This document shows positions 62,851-64,000 of a DNA stretch of 64,000 nucleotides, piece by piece; the first letter of the stretch is position 1; each line of letters opens with the position of its first letter. Made by a program: the position numbers and the translations under genes. Origin of the DNA: Nymphaea colorata (lineage: Eukaryota). The notes beneath the pieces were generated by a model. The model was not told the DNA's origin, searched no databases, and saw nothing but the letters and a program-made list of their open reading frames with translations. Location: positions 41,974,001 through 42,038,000 of the forward strand of contig NC_045138.2 of assembly GCF_008831285.2 (NCBI RefSeq), read 5' to 3'.

Positions 62851-64000
62851 AGAAAGAGACGACGACCAGCAACTCGGAACGAAGGCGAGGAGGCAGCTGT
62901 GCGCCTGTGGCAGGAGGGAGAGGCAGGCGCTGTGTGGGTGGGAGGTGAAGGCGAAGGGTGGGTTCCCAAGGGGCAGAAAAATAAACCCGGGTTTATTTTT
63001 CCACCCCTCGCCGAGCAAACAAGTTTCCGGAAATATATTTCTGGAAACGCGTTTAACGGGCATTTTTTTCATTCCGCGTTTGATAAACGAGGAAACTTTT
63101 TAAAATTTGAAATTTATCTCCCTTGCTACAGTGGATTTCCGGCCCGTCAAACGCCCCTCTAGCATCTCTTTCCACAAAGCAGCAAATGGCTGACCAGGAG
63201 AAACGACATTTCAATACTGACCAGGAGAAACGACATTTCAATACTTCAATATCATCCTCTATGAAGATAACCCTTGGTCTCCCCTTCACTGTTAGTACGC
63301 GTAGCAGAGGCCTATTCTCATCCTCGTTATTGAGTTCCTGGGTGAGTTTTTCCGTCCAAAACTTTAGAGATGAGCGACTATTCAGGTATGTTGAGTCGCA
63401 CTCCCTCTTCAACATGGGGTTTGATCCATCCTCCTTTTTGATGGGTTGTTCATCTCTCAAGCAATATATTTTATTCTTTCTACTATGTATTTGGGGCACA
63501 ACATCACTGAAGCACATGCCAGCGGGAGTCAAAACCCAATGGTCTTCCATATTTTCTTCTTTTGGGTCACCCCCTACACACTGAAATCTATCAACTCCAT
63601 GTTGTTGGAGCATTCTGGCTGAAATCCTTGTTGGAGGCCCAACTACCTTAACTACTGTGTGAAGCAGTGGGTGGCAACCAACCCTCCCTCACTTATGACG
63701 ATACTGGCCTCTGTTTTAAGATGACACAACTTCTTGACTCTTAACCATCTCCCGTAAATTGAGTTAATTATCGCATTGATCATGAACTTCACTTGGATCA
63801 ATTGTGACAATGCCATAATTGAAATTCAACCATACCATACAATGCAGCATAAGTGTACAAGGATTTGGGAAATTTTTTGCCTATATAGTTAGCTATGGCA
63901 CGATTTGTCCTACGATATAATATAATATCTGCTTGCATAATTGGCCCATGGCTTGACCTATCCTAAATAGATAGTGTGCGGTACTCTATATTAGTACAGA

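Larger units (their letters stand above)
59863..63158. mobile_element. Non-autonomous PIF/Harbinger-TIR element (3.3 kb) carrying a captured host gene fragment (Pack-type)
   Basis: Left TIR GGGACCGTTTGATGG; right TIR (reverse complement) AGGGGCGTTTGACGG. 3-bp TSD CTA at 59860-59862 and 63159-63161. GAAATATATTTC palindromes near both ends. Removing the element restores the LINE ORF1 frame (..ERDAR-GNMDY..). No transposase recognised. Confidence 0.88.
50000..63650 (-). mobile_element. Old L1-type LINE, split into three pieces by two later insertions
   Basis: ORF1-like sequence at 63613-63159, 59859-58936 and 53253-52870 (LGRGSFLIRV; LPTLFW). Endonuclease start VIAWNIER at ~52760. RT motifs LVLIPK..RPITLCNSLYK and LKLDLSKAYNMVNW at 51438-51990. 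Ends are approximate. Confidence 0.8.

Noticed and set aside
62104..63162. Arg/Glu-rich and Ser/Leu-rich ORFs
   Set aside because: Products of GA/CT tandem repeats inside the Harbinger-type element.

Overview
This is angiosperm (plant) nuclear DNA dominated by nested transposable elements. All calls were made by eye; no searches were run. Two host genes are supported. The first is exon 1 of a BPI/LBP lipid-binding protein gene (- strand, 6035-6466; later exons lie beyond the window start). The second is a complete 3-exon, 152-aa organellar single-RRM RNA-binding protein gene (+ strand, 32450-47195) whose 14.2-kb first intron is packed with copia remnants. Mobile elements include a probable ~3-kb gypsy solo LTR, a decayed hAT, a Tourist MITE, a 5'-truncated Tat/Ogre gypsy with a ~4.4-kb LTR, two full-length copia elements (25986-31243 and 53254-58935), several partial copias and an old LINE. 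The most notable structure is a 3.3-kb element bounded by PIF/Harbinger-type TIRs (59863-63158, CTA TSD). It sits in the LINE ORF1 and carries a captured intron end plus last exon of a ZAR1-type LRR receptor kinase, i.e. a Pack-type Harbinger. Second is a copia whose gag appears to start inside the 5' LTR and to splice out the primer-binding site.
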